A model generated the notes under the pieces. It saw nothing but the letters and a program-made list of their open reading frames with translations. It was not told where the DNA came from and did not search any database. The position numbers were made by a program, and so were the translations under genes. 64,000 nucleotides of DNA. Source: a virus. Shown piece by piece: positions 61,367-64,000 of this stretch; position 1 is the stretch's first letter; every line of letters begins with the position of its first letter. The stretch is taken from positions 64,001 to 128,000 of the IMG/VR virus record IMGVR_UViG_3300034103_001442. One strand, given 5' to 3'.

Positions 61367-63075
61367 ACCATCCTCGAAAAATTCTGATGCTTCACAAACT
61401 TAATAACCGAATGAAACTTGTCATACAACTGATCACCCTTATGGCTGATGATGAACACGTTTGTATCGGCTGTCAGGCTCTCCAAAATTTTCAGAAACTC
61501 ATCTGTTCCCGTAGCATCAAGTGAACTATCAAACACCTCATCCATAATCAACAAGTTTGTTGATGCGGAGTTACGCATTTTAGCAATTGACCGCCAAGTG
61601 AATAACAGTGACAAGTCAATTCGCATTTTCTCACCTTCACTGAATGAGTCATAAGAAAATTCATCACGGAAACGAGACTTGATCGTTTCTTTGAAGTTTT
61701 CATTCAACTCAAACTGAACAAAGAAGTCCATTGAGGCTAGGTACTTGTTGATCAGTTTGTTCATGATTGGAACATACTGACGAATAATTTTCGTTTTGAT
61801 ACCCGAATCTTTCAACAACACTGATGCTACGTCTTGAATTTTCTTTTCTTGATGCAACCCTTCAAGTGATGACACCTTGCTCTTCAATTCAGTTTGTAAC
61901 TTTTCAATCTCAACATTGTTGGCGTCAATAACCTTCGTGTTGTTTCTGATCTTTTCAATTTCATCGTTTAACGTACTGATTGACTCATTCCAAGAGGATA
62001 TCTTGTTATTGTTCTCAGTGATTTCACGATTCAATTTCTCAATTTCAGAATTGACAGATGAAATCTCAGCCAACCTTGATTCTAGAATTGTAAACTCTTT
62101 CGATAATTCTGTCAAGCCCCCATTGACTTGGGTTAGTTGTTCATTACGGGAGTTGAGTTTTTCGCACTTGAACTCTTCATGAATACCCTGCTTACAAGTA
62201 GGGCAGTTGTCGTTTTCTTCGAAAAATTTAACTTCCTTCCTAATCGCGCGAATTCTATCCTCAAGTTTCTTTTCTAATTCAAGAACTTTTTGTTTCTTGG
62301 TTTCGACTTTCGTTTTGTCTGCGATGGTTTGCTTCAAAGTATTAATTTGAGCAGAAATGTTGGCAACAACTACGTTTGCCTCACTGATTTTCACTTTAGT
62401 GACATCAATGAGTTCTTGCTTTTGACCTATCAACTCCTCATTGTTAAGTTTGAGTGACTTGATATTCTTTTCTTGCATCTCGATCTTGTTTTCGATCAAA
62501 TCAATCTCATGTTCAGAGTTCAAGATTTCGTTTTTGTTTGCAACAACTTTTTCTTTCAGCAAACTATTCATGACTGAAAAGATTTGAATATCAAGAAGGT
62601 CTTCAATCACCTCACGTCTTGTATGAGCAGGCAACTGCATAAACGGAATGAAGTTTGCCGAGCCGAGCACAACAATTTGTCCAAATGACTTATGATTCAT
62701 TTTCAAAATAGTTGTCTCAAGTAGTTCTTGATACTCCTTGATGTTTGGACTCTGGTTTATCAGCCCACCATTGCAATAAATCTCAAACACCTCTGGGCGT
62801 TGACCCCTTCGGATTTTATACTCCTTACTACCAATGCTAAACTCACACTCAACCAAACAATTCTTTTGCGTGATAGAGTTTACAAGTTGCGGCTTGTTGA
62901 TATTGCGGAATGGTTTACCGTAAAGAGCAAATGACAAAGCGTCAAGCATGGTAGATTTACCAGCCCCATTCTCACCAACCACAAGTGTTGATTTAGACCT
63001 GTTGAGTTTTATCTCGGTAAATTGGTTGCCCGTTGACAGAAAATTCTGCCAACGGATCGTTTTGAATAGTATCAT
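61363..63075 (-). CDS. gp46: recombination endonuclease subunit gp46 (SbcC/Rad50-like)
   Basis: GENGAGKS, CPTC hook, FSEGE, MDEVFD, ISH. Confidence 0.96.
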   Translation of the reverse strand: MILFKTIRWQNFLSTGNQFTEIKLNRSKSTLVVGENGAGKSTMLDALSFALYGKPFRNINKPQLVNSITQKNCLVECEFSIGSKEYKIRRGQRPEVFEIYCNGGLINQSPNIKEYQELLETTILKMNHKSFGQIVVLGSANFIPFMQLPAHTRREVIEDLLDIQIFSVMNSLLKEKVVANKNEILNSEHEIDLIENKIEMQEKNIKSLKLNNEELIGQKQELIDVTKVKISEANVVVANISAQINTLKQTIADKTKVETKKQKVLELEKKLEDRIRAIRKEVKFFEENDNCPTCKQGIHEEFKCEKLNSRNEQLTQVNGGLTELSKEFTILESRLAEISSVNSEIEKLNREITENNNKISSWNESISTLNDEIEKIRNNTKVIDANNVEIEKLQTELKSKVSSLEGLHQEKKIQDVASVLLKDSGIKTKIIRQYVPIMNKLINKYLASMDFFVQFELNENFKETIKSRFRDEFSYDSFSEGEKMRIDLSLLFTWRSIAKMRNSASTNLLIMDEVFDSSLDATGTDEFLKILESLTADTNVFIISHKGDQLYDKFHSVIKFVKHQNFSRMV

Positions 63076-63079
63076 AGTG

Positions 63080-64000
63080 TTACTCTATGGACAAGGCTTC
63101 AGTATAAAGGTTCTGAAGAAAAATGTCAAGTTTTTTCTTATCAATACTGGTATCCATACCATCAACCACTTTGCGCAATATGGTCAGCGTGTCCTCAGCC
63201 TCATTGATGATGTCACCGTCATCTTCAAGATTCAGATTCAAGTGGTCATCAAGCACCTGTAAGTCTGACACCCCTGTTTTCTCAAGTTTGTCAATAAACA
63301 TATCAAACCAAAGAGGATTTTCTTTAGAGTGAATGATGACTTTGACATATTGATTTTTGTAGGGCGCTGGGTCAAACAGAAGCACTTCATCCATCGTTTT
63401 GCCAGCGTCATCATAGTGAATTTTGCTGAACATTTTGTATGGATTTTCGATAAACAACAACTCACGTGTATCAGTATCGAAAATATGAAAGCCACGCGGG
63501 TCATTATAGTCTGACCAAGTCATTTCATAAGGAGCGCCAAGGTAGTGAATATTACCCCTGCTTGACTTATGATGGAAGTGACCAGACAAAACCATATCGA
63601 ATTTATCAAACTGTTTGGCATCAAATCCATGGTCATTGAATGAGCCACGGTACATTTCAAATCCTTGAATCTCTAGGTGACCAAAAAGGATTTGGGCATC
63701 GGTTTCATTGACAAACTTCATTGACTCGTCATAGTTACCCGAGCAAACCCAAGGCAACAATGCGATTTTCAAGCCATCAAACTCTTTAGTGGTTGGGCTT
63801 GAATAATAAGAAACATCATATGAACTATGCTCAAACAACTCATTCATTGAGTTGACTTCATTTGTATTCTTAAATGAAGTGTCATGGTTGCCGATCAAAA
63901 CGTCAAGTTTTATCCCTGACGTGTCACAATGACCAACAAACTTCCGCAAGTTTTTTGCGGTCAAATAGTTGATATACTTGCGGCGGTCTACAATATCGCC
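63080..64000 (-). CDS. gp47: recombination endonuclease subunit gp47 (SbcD/Mre11-like), 5-prime truncated
   Basis: GD.VDRR at window edge, GNHD, GHLE, SGHFH. Confidence 0.95.
   Translation of the reverse strand, partial: GDIVDRRKYINYLTAKNLRKFVGHCDTSGIKLDVLIGNHDTSFKNTNEVNSMNELFEHSSYDVSYYSSPTTKEFDGLKIALLPWVCSGNYDESMKFVNETDAQILFGHLEIQGFEMYRGSFNDHGFDAKQFDKFDMVLSGHFHHKSSRGNIHYLGAPYEMTWSDYNDPRGFHIFDTDTRELLFIENPYKMFSKIHYDDAGKTMDEVLLFDPAPYKNQYVKVIIHSKENPLWFDMFIDKLEKTGVSDLQVLDDHLNLNLEDDGDIINEAEDTLTILRKVVDGMDTSIDKKKLDIFLQNLYTEALSIE

Noticed and set aside
1-64000. stop-codon reassignment or suppressor tRNAs
   Set aside because: core genes translate full length in the standard code and no CTA/TTA/TCA anticodon was found

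Overview
A 64-kb segment of a large T4-like (Tevenvirinae/Kyanoviridae-like) myophage genome. The host is probably a Gram-negative proteobacterium, inferred from spanins, IHF-consensus sites and a ROSE-like leader. Nearly all genes are on the minus strand. From window end to start: (1) gp47/gp46 recombination nuclease and peptide deformylase; (2) a candidate DNA base-hypermodification operon (TET/JBP-like 2OG-Fe dioxygenase, atypical amino-MTase-fold protein, amino-acid:DNA-transferase-like protein, P-loop kinase, DUF3310-like protein, DxD glycosyltransferase-like protein); (3) gp45/gp44/gp62/regA; (4) 23 tRNA genes interleaved with several structured non-coding stretches; (5) a cassette of exported low-complexity proteins, three HExxH metallopeptidases, MazG-like and cytidylyltransferase genes, and hsp20; (6) a + strand GH19/M15 dual endolysin; (7) gp43, uvsX and gp41, followed by a late-promoter-to-terminator structured ncRNA; (8) many small early ORFs and denV; (9) a late block of putative internal/virion proteins, including two large modular proteins, Dps and a secreted thermonuclease; (10) a spanin/holin-like membrane cluster, primase, thyX, nrdA/nrdB and glutaredoxin. 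About 20 copies of a conserved sigma70-like promoter and several TATAAATA late promoters were read directly from the sequence. All functional calls come from motif recognition by eye; no database searches were run.
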